Origin: Raillietiella orientalis
Lineage: Eukaryota
DNA length: 64,000 nt
Direction of reading: 5' to 3'
Assembly (NCBI GenBank): GCA_036172245.1
Contig: JAYWIR010000001.1
Span: 1,426,001 to 1,490,000 of the forward strand
The notes beneath the pieces were generated by a model that did no database searches, was not told the DNA's origin, and was given only the letters and a program-made list of their open reading frames with translations. Positions 63,169-64,000 of this stretch are shown here, one piece after another. The first letter of the stretch is position 1, and each line of letters begins with the position of its first letter. The translations under genes were made by a program, and so were the position numbers.

Positions 63169-64000
63169 GACCGGAATCTGCAATCCTGTTTGTTCAGGAA
63201 GTTTGAAGGACTTCCCTCCCCCCCCCCCCTATTCGCAGCAACCCTTTCATCTGCTACCACAAACCCACATGAAGAAACACTTCCTACGAGCAACGCGCAC
63301 TGCTGCTGCGCTTCAGGCCCATTAGCAACCAGCATGCAGCTCCAACTTGTAGTTTGTTTTTATAAATAAACGTCCTGGAATAATCGAGTGAGAGCCTCTA
63401 GGGTAAGTACCAAGCAGAGCTGACGGCGTCTCTGCAACAGCTTAGCCAGGGAGGGGAAAGGGGGGGGGGGTCGAGATGAGTTTGCGCATCACGTCGACTT
63501 GACCGGGTCACCCCCTTCCACCCGATTAGCGGGTTAAGCAGGACGGAAATCAGCCGACGTCTCGAGCCGTCCCCAAATCCAGACCGGTTGAGTCGGAACG
63601 GATCCAGGAGCGCGTTTGCCCCGAAGTCCGAGGTCCCCCTTCCCTTTCAGATGGGGCCCTCGCCCAGAAGGACGACCCGACCTGGAATTAATATCTCGAA
63701 TATCAGACTCCTGAGAAGTGTTGGTGTAGGAAGCAGCGATGTCGAAGACCGTATCCCAGGAGATAGGAGACACACTTGGTGCAGCCCTCGAAGCGGGACT
63801 GCCGACAAAGATAATGGCTGGCCCCGGTCGATCCAATACTGGAGTTGCACGCTGGTTGCTAATGGGCCGGAAACTCAGCAGCAGCAGCAACAGTGCGCGT
63901 TGTTTCTTCATGTTGTAGGAGATGAAAGGGTTGCTGCTGCGAACAGGGGGAGAGAAAGTCCCTCAAACATCCTGAACAAACAAGATTGTGGATTCTGGTC
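63169..64000. repeat. Diverged inverted repeat pair 63169-63344 / 63840-64000 (right arm reaches the window edge)
   Basis: Shared blocks tgtttgttcagga, gcagcaaccctttcatct, acatgaagaaaca, caacgcgcactg and ggcccattagcaaccagc in opposite orientation. Confidence 0.9.

Overview
Eukaryotic (probably animal; inference) DNA made up mostly of decayed, nested transposable elements. I found no intact protein-coding gene, rRNA, true tRNA or CRISPR array. Four repeat systems dominate. (1) About 14 fragments of an APE-type L1/Tx1-like LINE family (ORF1 CCHC knuckle, APE, RT with YVDD, C-terminal C-x2-C...H-x4-C finger, structured 3' tail). (2) Three fragments of a Utopia/NeSL-like restriction-like-endonuclease retrotransposon (12.5-16.2 kb). 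(3) A long (~1.18 kb) tRNA-headed SINE-like element with internal modules: about 14 pieces, a full copy at 45884-47060 and a LINE-interrupted copy at 39345-40935. (4) AT-rich foldback/MITE-like elements with degenerate terminal inverted repeats. Also present: a Snf7/CHMP7-like pseudogene fragment, a probable piggyBac C-terminal remnant, a 56-bp minisatellite and a 335-bp near-identical direct repeat. The most striking structures are a 982-bp near-perfect inverted repeat whose flanks are homologous but diverged (gene-conversion signature), a LINE inserted antisense into its own family with a candidate target-site duplication, and a covarying stem-loop in the LINE 3' UTR. All alignments were by eye and boundaries of decayed elements are approximate. 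I cannot claim a new biological system; the SINE and the LINE 3' structure are the best candidates for undescribed elements.
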